This document shows positions 1-8,382 of a DNA stretch of 64,000 bases, piece after piece. How positions within the stretch are numbered: position 1 is the first letter of the stretch; the number at the start of each line of letters is the position of its first letter. Origin of the DNA: Deltaproteobacteria bacterium (lineage in GTDB: Bacteria > Myxococcota > Kuafuiibacteriia > Kuafuiibacteriales > Kuafuiibacteriaceae); assembly GCA_040218735.1 (NCBI GenBank), contig JAVJQW010000046.1, positions 128,001 to 192,000 on the forward strand. Direction: 5' to 3'. The notes under the pieces are model-generated. The model was not told where the DNA came from. It searched no databases and was given only the letters and a program-made list of their open reading frames with translations. The position numbers and the translations under genes are program-made.

Positions 1-1
1 G

Positions 2-187
2 CCTTTCCTCACCGCGTTCGGCGACTCGGACCCCGTCACCGGAGGCATGGACGCCTACTTCCACGCGAAGATCCCCGGTGCCGCCGGCCAGCCCCACACC
101 ACTATCGAAAAGGCCGGACACTTCTGCCAAGAAGACCAAGGCCAACGCCTCGCCGAAGTCGTCGTCAGCTTCATCGAGGCGACCTGA
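2..187 (+). CDS. Haloalkane dehalogenase-like alpha/beta hydrolase, C-terminal fragment (5' truncated)
   Basis: Manual translation PFLTAFGDSDPVTGG...IPGAAGQPHTTIEKAGHFCQEDQG...EAT*; the GHFxQED catalytic His motif is typical of the family. Confidence 0.75.
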   Translation, partial: PFLTAFGDSDPVTGGMDAYFHAKIPGAAGQPHTTIEKAGHFCQEDQGQRLAEVVVSFIEAT

Positions 188-210
188 CACGGCATTGCTG
201 GAGGACACCC

Positions 211-687
211 ATGACTGAGATCCACTACCTCGCGGGCGACGCGACGTCGCCGCAGGCGAAGGGCGTCAAGGTCATCTGCCACATCTGCAACGACATCGGC
301 GGCTGGGGTAAGGGGTTCGTGCTCGCGATCTCCAAGCGCTGGCCCGAGCCTGAGGCCGACTTTCGCGCGTGGTACCGTGAACGCGCTTCCAACGACTTTG
401 GGCTCGGCGCGGTTCGGTTCGTCCAAGTCGAGAAGTTCCTGTTCGTGGCGAACATGGTCGCCCAGCGCGGTATCAAGAAGGGCAGCAACGGTCCGCCGAT
501 TCGCTACGAGGCCGTAGAGCAATGCCTCGCGAAGGTCGCGCCGTTTGCGAAGGAGCAGGGCGCCTCGATCCACATGCCGCGCATCGGCTGTGGGTTGGCC
601 GGAGGAAAGTGGGAACGCATCGAACCCATTATTCAGGCGGAGCTTTGTGCGCAGGATCTCGAAGTCTACGTCTATGACTTCGGGTAA
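211..687 (+). CDS. Macro domain protein (Poa1p/TARG1-like ADP-ribose processing)
   Basis: GDAT, HICNDIGGWGKGF and MPRIGCGLAGGKW motifs; GGAGG RBS at 201-205. Confidence 0.9.
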   Translation: MTEIHYLAGDATSPQAKGVKVICHICNDIGGWGKGFVLAISKRWPEPEADFRAWYRERASNDFGLGAVRFVQVEKFLFVANMVAQRGIKKGSNGPPIRYEAVEQCLAKVAPFAKEQGASIHMPRIGCGLAGGKWERIEPIIQAELCAQDLEVYVYDFG

Positions 688-689
688 CG

Positions 690-1637
690 CTACCCATCCC
701 GCCGATCCCAATCCACCGGCATCCGCGGCACGTACCCCAGCTCCTCCTTCGCCCGGCGTCCGTCCAACACGCCACCAAGGTGAAAGCGCAGCTCGTTCAA
801 GTCATACCGAAAGTCCGTCCCCGTCAGCCGCGCCCGCAGCCCGTACAGCGGCGCCACCACCGGACCCGGAGTCGGCACGTCCAACCGCCCCGACAGCGCG
901 ATGATCCGCGACAGCGGCAACGTGTCGTAACCCGGGATGTTGAACACCCCCTTCGCCTCGCTCGTCGCCGCCAGCGTCAACGCGTGCGCCGCATCCGAAA
1001 CCGTGAGCACGTTCAACATCGGATCGAACCCCGCCGGCCGCAGACACACCCGCGACGAGAGGTAGTCGTGCAGCTGACTCCCGGACTCCGGCGCCACACA
1101 CTCCGCCATGCGCAGCACCGTGATCGCCAGCGGCGACAAACCCATCGCCGTACACAGCACCAGGTCCGCCTCCAACCTATCGCGAACCAACTGCGGCGCG
1201 TCCGGCGACAGCTCGATCGGGTGGTCCTCCTCGATGATCGTCGGGCGGTCCGGACGCAGGTGATAGACGTCCGAGAAACTCCGAAACACAAAGCGCTGCA
1301 CCGTCGGGTGACGCTCCGCCATCTTCAACAAGTCACGCGTCGCATCGACGTTCAACGCACGCACGTGCGCGCCCTCGCGCCGCGCGCTGCGGTGGAGCGC
1401 GAGGTGCACGATCGTGTCGATCTCGATCTCACGCACCAACCCGAACAACAGGTCGTGCGCGCTCCGGTGCCGCGCCAGGTTCGTCGTCACGTACTCCACA
1501 CGAGGATCCGAGATCGCCGAGTCCCCGTCGGTCCCCACCGCCACCACCCGCTCGACGGACGAGTGCTCCACGAGCCGCCGAACCGTCTCGCGCCCGATCG
1601 GCGTCGTCGCCCCCGTCACCAGGATCCGGCGCTTCAT
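690..1637 (-). CDS. NAD-dependent epimerase/dehydratase family protein
   Basis: N-terminal ILVTGATT Rossmann motif, IVHLA, NV.AT..LL, FNIPG. Confidence 0.8.
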   Translation of the reverse strand: MKRRILVTGATTPIGRETVRRLVEHSSVERVVAVGTDGDSAISDPRVEYVTTNLARHRSAHDLLFGLVREIEIDTIVHLALHRSARREGAHVRALNVDATRDLLKMAERHPTVQRFVFRSFSDVYHLRPDRPTIIEEDHPIELSPDAPQLVRDRLEADLVLCTAMGLSPLAITVLRMAECVAPESGSQLHDYLSSRVCLRPAGFDPMLNVLTVSDAAHALTLAATSEAKGVFNIPGYDTLPLSRIIALSGRLDVPTPGPVVAPLYGLRARLTGTDFRYDLNELRFHLGGVLDGRRAKEELGYVPRMPVDWDRRDG

Positions 1638-2406
1638 ACGAACGTCCCCCGCCGGCGTCGCAGCCCGTCCGCGATCAACCCCTCTACTCGGCTCCGCACC
1701 AGCGCCGCGCGTCCGCCAACGAACGACTGTCGTCCGCGTCGTACGCCGACAGATCGATCGGCTCCCCGTAGTGCAGGTGGTAACGAACGGGGAGCGGCAG
1801 CGGCGTCAACGTCACGGGGAAGTACGGCGCACCGACCCACTTCGCCCCCGCCGTGATGCGCGCGAGCTGCGGCATCTGCTCCTCCGCCCCGATCACCGCG
1901 ACCGGCACCACCGGCACCCCGTTCTGAATCGCGAGCTCCGCGTGGCCGACGCGCCAGGCCTGCAGCTGATACCGCTGCGAAAACGCCTTGCCGATCCCCT
2001 GCGTCCCCTCCGGAAAGATGAGGATCCCCTCGCCACGCTCGAGCAGGTAGCGCACGTTCCCGCGGCTCCCCGTCACCGCACCGATGCGCGTAAGCCACGT
2101 CCCGAAGAACGGAAGGTTCGGCAGGAACCGATCCGCGACCGGCCGAATCAAGCGCTCCCGCTCGAACAGGATGTTCGCCGCGATCATCGCGCCGTCGAAC
2201 GGGAGCGTGCCGCTGTGGTTCGACACCACCACCACGCCCCCCGCCTCCGGCACGTGGTGGACGTCGTGCGCCGTCACCCGGAAGTAGACGTCGTGCAGGA
2301 ACTCGAGCACCGGCCGCACGCGCTCGAGCGCCGCGTCCGTCGCGCCGAACTCGTCGTAGCCGTGCCCCGCGTCGCGAAGGAACCCCACGCGGTCGCCTGT
2401 GTACAA
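1634..2406 (-). CDS. PlsC-like lysophospholipid acyltransferase, apparently frameshifted near the 3' end
   Basis: NHSG.LPFD, FPEG and VPVAVIGAEE motifs. The ORF stops at 1684, but a plausible C-terminus (AALVRSRVEGLIADGLRRRRGTFV) continues in another frame to 1634, overlapping the next ATG. Start uncertain. Confidence 0.8.
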
Positions 2407-2482
2407 ACCCCGTGCCCGCGCACCTGCCGCCCGAATGTCGACGGTCCGTTACGCCCGCGTAACGCCGCTGCGCGCGGTCGGC

Positions 2483-2514
2483 CCGTTGTCACCGACAACG
2501 GTGAGGACTAACGT
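2483..2514 (+). promoter_or_regulatory. Putative sigma70 promoter overlapped by an 8-bp inverted repeat
   Basis: TTGTCA(2486-2491)-N17-TAACGT(2509-2514); CCGTTGTC-acc-GACAACGG at 2483-2501. Confidence 0.5.
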
Positions 2515-2520
2515 CGGCCC

Positions 2521-2862
2521 ACGCTCCGCACGACGCCCACGCGCTTCGCGCTCCTGCTACTCGTCCTGGGGCTGCTCTCGGGCGGGCTCCGCTACGACTC
2601 CGACCGGCGGACTCTCAACGACGACACACTCTCCGCGACCGTCGCGTGGGCCGCCGTCGTCGGCGACGCACCCACCCCCAATCGGCCCGTACGCCCCGCC
2701 ACGGACGGAGTCCACTCGCACGATGCCACCGCTTCGTCGGCCGTACGCCTGAAGCCGACGCGCGATGGCCTCCTGCTGTCCCGGACACGCGAAGAGCTCC
2801 GCCGCGGAAGCGGCGTCGCCTGCGCCCGCCGCGCAAGGGCTCCGCCCCTCTCCCTCGCCTGA
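2521..2862 (+). CDS. Candidate RAPP-motif leader/arrest peptide with signal sequence (non-canonical ACG start)
   Basis: Open frame not in the ORF track: (T/M)LRTTPTRFALLLLVLGLLSGG...ARRARAPPLSLA*. Confidence 0.5.
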   Translation, partial: TLRTTPTRFALLLLVLGLLSGGLRYDSDRRTLNDDTLSATVAWAAVVGDAPTPNRPVRPATDGVHSHDATASSAVRLKPTRDGLLLSRTREELRRGSGVACARRARAPPLSLA

Positions 2863-2924
2863 TCGACATCCCTTTCGATTCGACGACGAACGCGCCGCTA
2901 CGGTGCGGCGCCGAGGAGACACAC

Positions 2925-3080
2925 ATGCAACGTATCGACGAGCCCACCCACGAGGTGGCGTCGCCACCGATCGATCCGACGGCTCAGAGCGACCGGGGCG
3001 ACAGCCCCGTCAAGTTCGCGGTCGTGGTGTTCTTGCTTCCGCTGTTACTCGCGGTCGCGGCGATGTTCTGGAGCCGCTGA
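2925..3080 (+). CDS. Small 51-aa membrane protein
   Basis: GAGGAG RBS before ATG 2925; C-terminal hydrophobic helix FAVVVFLLPLLLAVAAMFW. Confidence 0.7.
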   Translation: MQRIDEPTHEVASPPIDPTAQSDRGDSPVKFAVVVFLLPLLLAVAAMFWSR

Positions 3081-3096
3081 CCCACCACGCCTACCG

Positions 3097-6000
3097 CTAC
3101 TCGGACTGAAACCGGTCCGGGATCCCATCCGCGTCCGCGTCGACCAACGCGCGCAGCGTCGACAACTCATCCTGGATTCCGTCCTCGTTGTCATCGACGT
3201 CCGCGTCGTCCGGGATCAAGTCATCGTCGTCGTCCGCGTCCTCGAGGTCCGACGTCCCGTCACCGTCCGTGTCGTTCAACGACAGCGGGTTGATCGCCTC
3301 GCCGTCGCCCAGCAGCACCTCGTAGGTGGTGGGGCAGGGCGGCGTCGTGCACATGCTCTCGTTCCCGAACGTGTCGACGGTGATCTCCACCGTACCCAGA
3401 TCCAGATCCACAATCGGCAGCGCCGACTCCGTTACACGCCCGAACACCAGGTCCGTCGTCCCGCCGTTGCCGTCGGGGAAACGCAGCGGCGCGACGAGGT
3501 TCCCCACGCCACCACCACCGGAGACCGGCGCCTGGAAGAACAACACGTACGCGCGATCCGTGGGCAGCCCCAACCGGAAGCGCACGGGCTCGCGGCCGTT
3601 CGCCGACGGCGAAAACGTCGGCCCCGGCACAAACGACAACAGCGGCTCCGACTGGGTTGCATCCAACGACGCCGCCACGAGCTGCAACGCCAACGGCTGC
3701 TTCGTGAACACGTCACCCGGCGGCGGCACCAACAGCCCGGTCACCAACCGACGCCCCGCGGGTGTCTCGTCGTCACCGTCGAACGAGCCACAACTCACCA
3801 AGAGCAGCAGCGCCAACACAAACCCACGCCGCACGCGCAGCGCCAAGACTCCGATCAAACCGAACAACATCCACACGCCCCCTCGCCCTGATTCCGTCGA
3901 AGTGCAAGCACAGCTGTCACCTTCACCGCCCGGGTTGTCGAACGCGCTCCCCGGTCCACCCGGTCCGGAGATCGCACAACCCTGCGCGTCGATGCGCGCG
4001 CCCGGCGCCGTCGTCGGGCACACGTCACACGCGTCGCCGCGGCCGTCGTCGTCGAGGTCCGACTGGTTCGGGTTCGAGCTCGCGATGCAGTTGTCCTCGA
4101 TGTCCGGCACGCCATCCATGTCGAAGTCCGCGTCCGGATCGACGCCGCCGTCGCGACCCATCGGGCCCCCGGTTCCACCGTCACGCCCCGGGTTCGAGTT
4201 CGCGGGCCGGATGTCCGGGAGCACGAGCGCGAATTCGAACAGCTCGTCGTTCGTGATGTCGTCGTTCGCCGTCACCGCCGCCGGCACCTGCGCCAGCACA
4301 CCACTCGCACCCGTACCGTAACGCGCCGCCGCGATGCCGATGTCCTCCGGCCACTCCGCTCCGAAGCGCTCCACGAGGTTCACCACCGTCTCCGTCGCGC
4401 CGCCGCTCACCGGGTTCGACGGCACGGTCTGCGTCCCGAACCACGGCCCCGTCCAGTCCGTGAAGTCACCGCGCCCCTCGTCGAAGAGCACATGCGCCGG
4501 CCCGCGTCCGCGTTTGCCGTGGGGCACCGGCGCGTCCGGCAACGCTTCGGCCGCGTCGCGGAGGAACAGCATGTGGTCCTCACCCGCCTTCGCGCCGGTC
4601 ATCGCGAGGTACAAGAGCTTCCCGTTGAACGACGCGTACAGCTTGAGCCCGTCGTTCTCCGCGACGAGGAACGCCTCGTCGTCGACTTCACCGTCGAGCA
4701 CGTAGTCGGGACGCGGCGCACCCGACGCCCGCGCGCAGCCGTCCATGCCGACGTCCTCACCGAGCGTCGAGCTCGGGCACTGGTCACACGCGTCCGGGAC
4801 GCCGTCGTAGTCCGCGTCCTCGTGATCGACGCTCGGCACCCCGACGCAGCGATCGAACGTGTCGAGGATCTCGTCCGCGTCCGCGTCCGGGAGCGCGATG
4901 TTCGACAGCTGGTAGATCTTCACCTCGTGCCCGCCGACGTTCGACGTGTGCCCCGCCATCAACGCCGACTTCGATACGGTGAGGGTGTCGGACGGCTTCG
5001 CGTGGTTCGTCATCACCACCTGCGTCCCGGGGATGCGATTCAGGATCTCTTGCGACATGTAATAGGTGACCGGCGTCCCGAGCACACTCGCGGGCTCGCG
5101 GTTCGCGAGCACCACGAACGTCTGGTTGTTCCCGTACCGAACGAAGCTGAAGATGCGGTCCGCGCCCTGGTCGCCGTCCGACGCGATGCGGAAGTAGTTG
5201 TTCCCGTACGCACCCGCGTTGTCGAAGGACTGGCCGCGGAGGCCCGGGTTGTGGTTTCGGATGCGGAGGTACCGGCGGTAGTGCGCGAGCATCTCCGGAT
5301 CCCGATTGAAGTTCATCCGCCCGCGCGACTCGATCATCGCGACCTCGTCGCCGTAGGTGATCAGCGGCGTACCGGGGAGCGCGAACTTCACCGCCGCCGC
5401 GACGCGCTGACGGTCGCGGCTGCCTCCGGCGAGGAAGAGGAAACGGTCCTCGTCCTGGTTGTCGAGGTAGCGGACGCGCACGAGGTTCTCCGGGTTCACC
5501 GCCTCGCGCACACGCGCGCTCCCCGCGTTCTGCACGTAACGCTCGGCCGCCTGCAGCGCCCCGTCGAGGCGTGAGTACTGCGCGTTGCCGGCGAAGGCGT
5601 CGCGCATCTCCCAGTACTGCCACGGGTCGTAGAACGCATCGAACTGATGCTCGATGAACTCCGCGACCGGCGGGATGATCTCCGCGAGCATGAACGCGTT
5701 CGGTTGTTTCGCGATCGTCGCCTGCCGCACGCGCTTCCACACGCTGTTCGGCGTGAAGCCGGCGATGTCGCAGCGGAAGCCGTCGAGCCCCTGGTCCATC
5801 CAGAAGTTCGCGCGGTCCACCGCAGCGCGACGCACGATCGGGTTGTTGTAGTCGAGGTCCGGCAGCCCGACGAAGTTGAACGTGAACTGGTACCCGAGCG
5901 GATAACCGTCCCGATAGATGTAGCGGTCGTGGGTGATCGCGTTGGGGTTCGCGTCCGCCGCGAGGAACCACGGGTGCCGGTTCGACGTGTGGTTCAGCAC

Positions 6001-7764
6001 CTTGTCGAGGATGACCATGATGCCGAGTTTGTGCGCCTCGTCGATGAAGCGCCGCAGCGCCGCGACGTCGCCGTAGTCCTCGTGCACCGCGAAGAACGCG
6101 TCCATCGAGTAGCCGTGCGTCGTGCCGCTGGGCTCCACCGGCATCAGCCAGATCGCGTTGACGCCGAGCTTCTTCAGCCACGGTAGGTTCTGCGTGGCGC
6201 CCTCGAGGTCACCTTCGTCGTCGCCGTCGGAGTCGGCGAACTCACGGACGAACAACAGGTAGAGGTTCACGTCTTCGCGCCACGAACGCGGGGACGCCGC
6301 GACATCGCGACCCTCGACCGAACCGTCGGCCGCCACGTTCACGATCGCCTGCGCCGCGTAGGTCGCCGCGCCCTGCGCGTCGCCGCCCTGCGCGTGGATG
6401 ACGTACGTGCCGGGAGCCGCGTTCTCGAGCGTCACCGCGCGCTGGTCCGCGGACGGCACGAGCGTGACCGGCGTGTTGTCGTCGGCGAAGAAGCGGATCG
6501 CACCGGTCGCGTCCGACGCGCGCGCCGACACCACGGGCGCGCCACCGTCGGCACCGATGTGCAGGCGGATGCGATCCGTCGTGAAGCTCGTCGCGACGTG
6601 CACCGTCGTGATCGCCTCCGCGCTCTGCAGGCCCTCGCGATCCGTGACGCGCAACCCGATCGTGTAGACGCCCGGCGCCGAGAAGCGCATCTGCGGTACG
6701 GCGTTCAGCTGCGGGAGCCAGTCGCCGATGCTGTTGCCGTGCACGTCGTAGACCGGGGAGCCGTCGCCGCCGCGCTGGCTGCCGTCGCGGTTGTTCGGTT
6801 CCTGGCTGTACGCCTGCATGTCGACGTCGCCGGGCCCGCTGATCTTTCGCCACGCGAAGGACGAAAAGCCGATGCCGTCCGGATCCTCCGAGAGGCCGCC
6901 GTCGATCTCCACCCACGCGCCGGTCGTCGTGAACACCGACGCGCCGATGTGCGCGACCGGCGCCTGGTTGTCCGCGTTGATCCACAGCGGGACCGTGGAC
7001 TCGTCAGCGTACAGGCCGTCCATGTTCGCGATGTTGACGTGGAGGAGGTGCAGGCCCTCCGGCGGGTTGTTGATCGTCGCGACGACCGTCTGACCGTTGA
7101 GCTGCACGTTCGATGCGGCGGCGCGCGTCACCTCGGGCGGCGTCAGCGGACCGGGGAGGATGCCGTAGGGCTCGTTGGTCTCGAGCTCCACGCGCACGGT
7201 CGACGCGTCGAGCGGGCTGCCGCTGTCGCCGAGCACGATCGGGACGGTGACCTGGAAGCTGTTCGTCGCGATCAGCGATCCTGCAAGCGGAGTTGCGTTC
7301 GGAAGATCGATCTTCGGCCGGTTCGGGTTGCGGACGAAGTAGAGGTTGTCGGTCGAGAACTGTCCGCCGAACCCTTCGAAGCGCGGGCGCGGGTCGTTGA
7401 AGAAGTTCGAGTCGGGGACGTCGTCGGGGTTGAGATCGGGATCCGTGAGGTCGACGTACTGCGTGGGGTTCGCGACGAAGACGTAGATGTAGTCGCCCTC
7501 GGCGAGCTCGGCATCGACACGCCAAAGATCACCGCCGGCGTTTGTCATGCGGCGCGCGGCCTGCAGACGGTTGCGACCGCCGTAGCGATCCAACATCAAG
7601 AAGATCTCGTTCACCGGTCCGCCGTAACTCGTCTCTGAGATACGAACCTCGAAACGGATCGTCTCGGTGTACGTCGACGCCTGCGCCTCGACGCGCGACG
7701 GCGACGAGAAAAGCAGTGGAATCAACACGATGGGCACGACCCGGATGGCGGACGACCACGACAT
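3097..7764 (-). CDS. Secreted GH13 alpha-amylase family protein with CBM48-like and PKD-like domains, TSP3-like Ca-binding repeats, internal MYXO-CTERM-like segment and fused lipoprotein domain
   Basis: Signal peptide; GH13 regions DKVLNH, DGFRCD, LAEI, LDNQDE; DxDxDGVPDxxDxCP repeats; GDSCAC+TM+RVRR. Confidence 0.85.
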   Translation of the reverse strand: MSWSSAIRVVPIVLIPLLFSSPSRVEAQASTYTETIRFEVRISETSYGGPVNEIFLMLDRYGGRNRLQAARRMTNAGGDLWRVDAELAEGDYIYVFVANPTQYVDLTDPDLNPDDVPDSNFFNDPRPRFEGFGGQFSTDNLYFVRNPNRPKIDLPNATPLAGSLIATNSFQVTVPIVLGDSGSPLDASTVRVELETNEPYGILPGPLTPPEVTRAAASNVQLNGQTVVATINNPPEGLHLLHVNIANMDGLYADESTVPLWINADNQAPVAHIGASVFTTTGAWVEIDGGLSEDPDGIGFSSFAWRKISGPGDVDMQAYSQEPNNRDGSQRGGDGSPVYDVHGNSIGDWLPQLNAVPQMRFSAPGVYTIGLRVTDREGLQSAEAITTVHVATSFTTDRIRLHIGADGGAPVVSARASDATGAIRFFADDNTPVTLVPSADQRAVTLENAAPGTYVIHAQGGDAQGAATYAAQAIVNVAADGSVEGRDVAASPRSWREDVNLYLLFVREFADSDGDDEGDLEGATQNLPWLKKLGVNAIWLMPVEPSGTTHGYSMDAFFAVHEDYGDVAALRRFIDEAHKLGIMVILDKVLNHTSNRHPWFLAADANPNAITHDRYIYRDGYPLGYQFTFNFVGLPDLDYNNPIVRRAAVDRANFWMDQGLDGFRCDIAGFTPNSVWKRVRQATIAKQPNAFMLAEIIPPVAEFIEHQFDAFYDPWQYWEMRDAFAGNAQYSRLDGALQAAERYVQNAGSARVREAVNPENLVRVRYLDNQDEDRFLFLAGGSRDRQRVAAAVKFALPGTPLITYGDEVAMIESRGRMNFNRDPEMLAHYRRYLRIRNHNPGLRGQSFDNAGAYGNNYFRIASDGDQGADRIFSFVRYGNNQTFVVLANREPASVLGTPVTYYMSQEILNRIPGTQVVMTNHAKPSDTLTVSKSALMAGHTSNVGGHEVKIYQLSNIALPDADADEILDTFDRCVGVPSVDHEDADYDGVPDACDQCPSSTLGEDVGMDGCARASGAPRPDYVLDGEVDDEAFLVAENDGLKLYASFNGKLLYLAMTGAKAGEDHMLFLRDAAEALPDAPVPHGKRGRGPAHVLFDEGRGDFTDWTGPWFGTQTVPSNPVSGGATETVVNLVERFGAEWPEDIGIAAARYGTGASGVLAQVPAAVTANDDITNDELFEFALVLPDIRPANSNPGRDGGTGGPMGRDGGVDPDADFDMDGVPDIEDNCIASSNPNQSDLDDDGRGDACDVCPTTAPGARIDAQGCAISGPGGPGSAFDNPGGEGDSCACTSTESGRGGVWMLFGLIGVLALRVRRGFVLALLLLVSCGSFDGDDETPAGRRLVTGLLVPPPGDVFTKQPLALQLVAASLDATQSEPLLSFVPGPTFSPSANGREPVRFRLGLPTDRAYVLFFQAPVSGGGGVGNLVAPLRFPDGNGGTTDLVFGRVTESALPIVDLDLGTVEITVDTFGNESMCTTPPCPTTYEVLLGDGEAINPLSLNDTDGDGTSDLEDADDDDDLIPDDADVDDNEDGIQDELSTLRALVDADADGIPDRFQSE

Positions 7765-7844
7765 GGGGGTAGCTAGCCAGGTTGCACCGACCCTTACAAC
7801 GGACACTTGCGTTGAGGGTTTCCATCTCTGATACGCTCGCGGGG

Positions 7845-8330
7845 GTGAGGCGGTTCATCCTGTTGATCGCAGCCGGGATTTTCGTGTCGGCGGGCGCGGT
7901 CGGGACCGCCGAGGCCAAGAAGGCGCCCAAGAAACCACGCCCCGTGGAGCGCCTGGATCGCACCCGAGCGGTCGGTGCGCCGGTCCTGGACGAGAAGGCG
8001 AAGCCCGGCATCTACGTGTGGCTCGAGGACGGCGCGTTTCGCGTCGCGGCCGTTCCATTCGAGAAGAAGCGCCGCGACAACTACGTCGTGAAGCTGCGCG
8101 GGTCGAAGAAGTTGAAGGTCGTCCCGCGCGGTGACTTCGCAGCGCGCGGCGGCGGCAAGTCCTTCACGCTCCAGGTGCGTGCGAAGGAAGCGGTCGCGAA
8201 GAGCGCGGTGGAGACGGAGGGCGACCTCGAGATCTACGGCGCTCGTTCGGGCTCCGGAAAGCGCCTCGCGATCTTCGTCGGCCCGCTCGCCAAGCGCGCC
8301 GCGTCGTCCGTGCGCATCGGTCGCTTCTGA
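7845..8330 (+). CDS. Secreted basic hypothetical protein
   Basis: Signal peptide VRRFILLIAAGIFVSAGAVGTAEA; GTG 7 nt after TGaTACGCT. Confidence 0.7.
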   Translation: MRRFILLIAAGIFVSAGAVGTAEAKKAPKKPRPVERLDRTRAVGAPVLDEKAKPGIYVWLEDGAFRVAAVPFEKKRRDNYVVKLRGSKKLKVVPRGDFAARGGGKSFTLQVRAKEAVAKSAVETEGDLEIYGARSGSGKRLAIFVGPLAKRAASSVRIGRF

Positions 8331-8382
8331 ATCTCCGTCTTGCCCGGCGACCGCGCTTCGCGCGAAACGCAAGCGCCGCCCC

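Noticed and set aside
211-687. Macro domain as DarG-like antitoxin
   Set aside because: No DarT or other ADP-ribosyltransferase adjacent, and no DarG C-terminal domain
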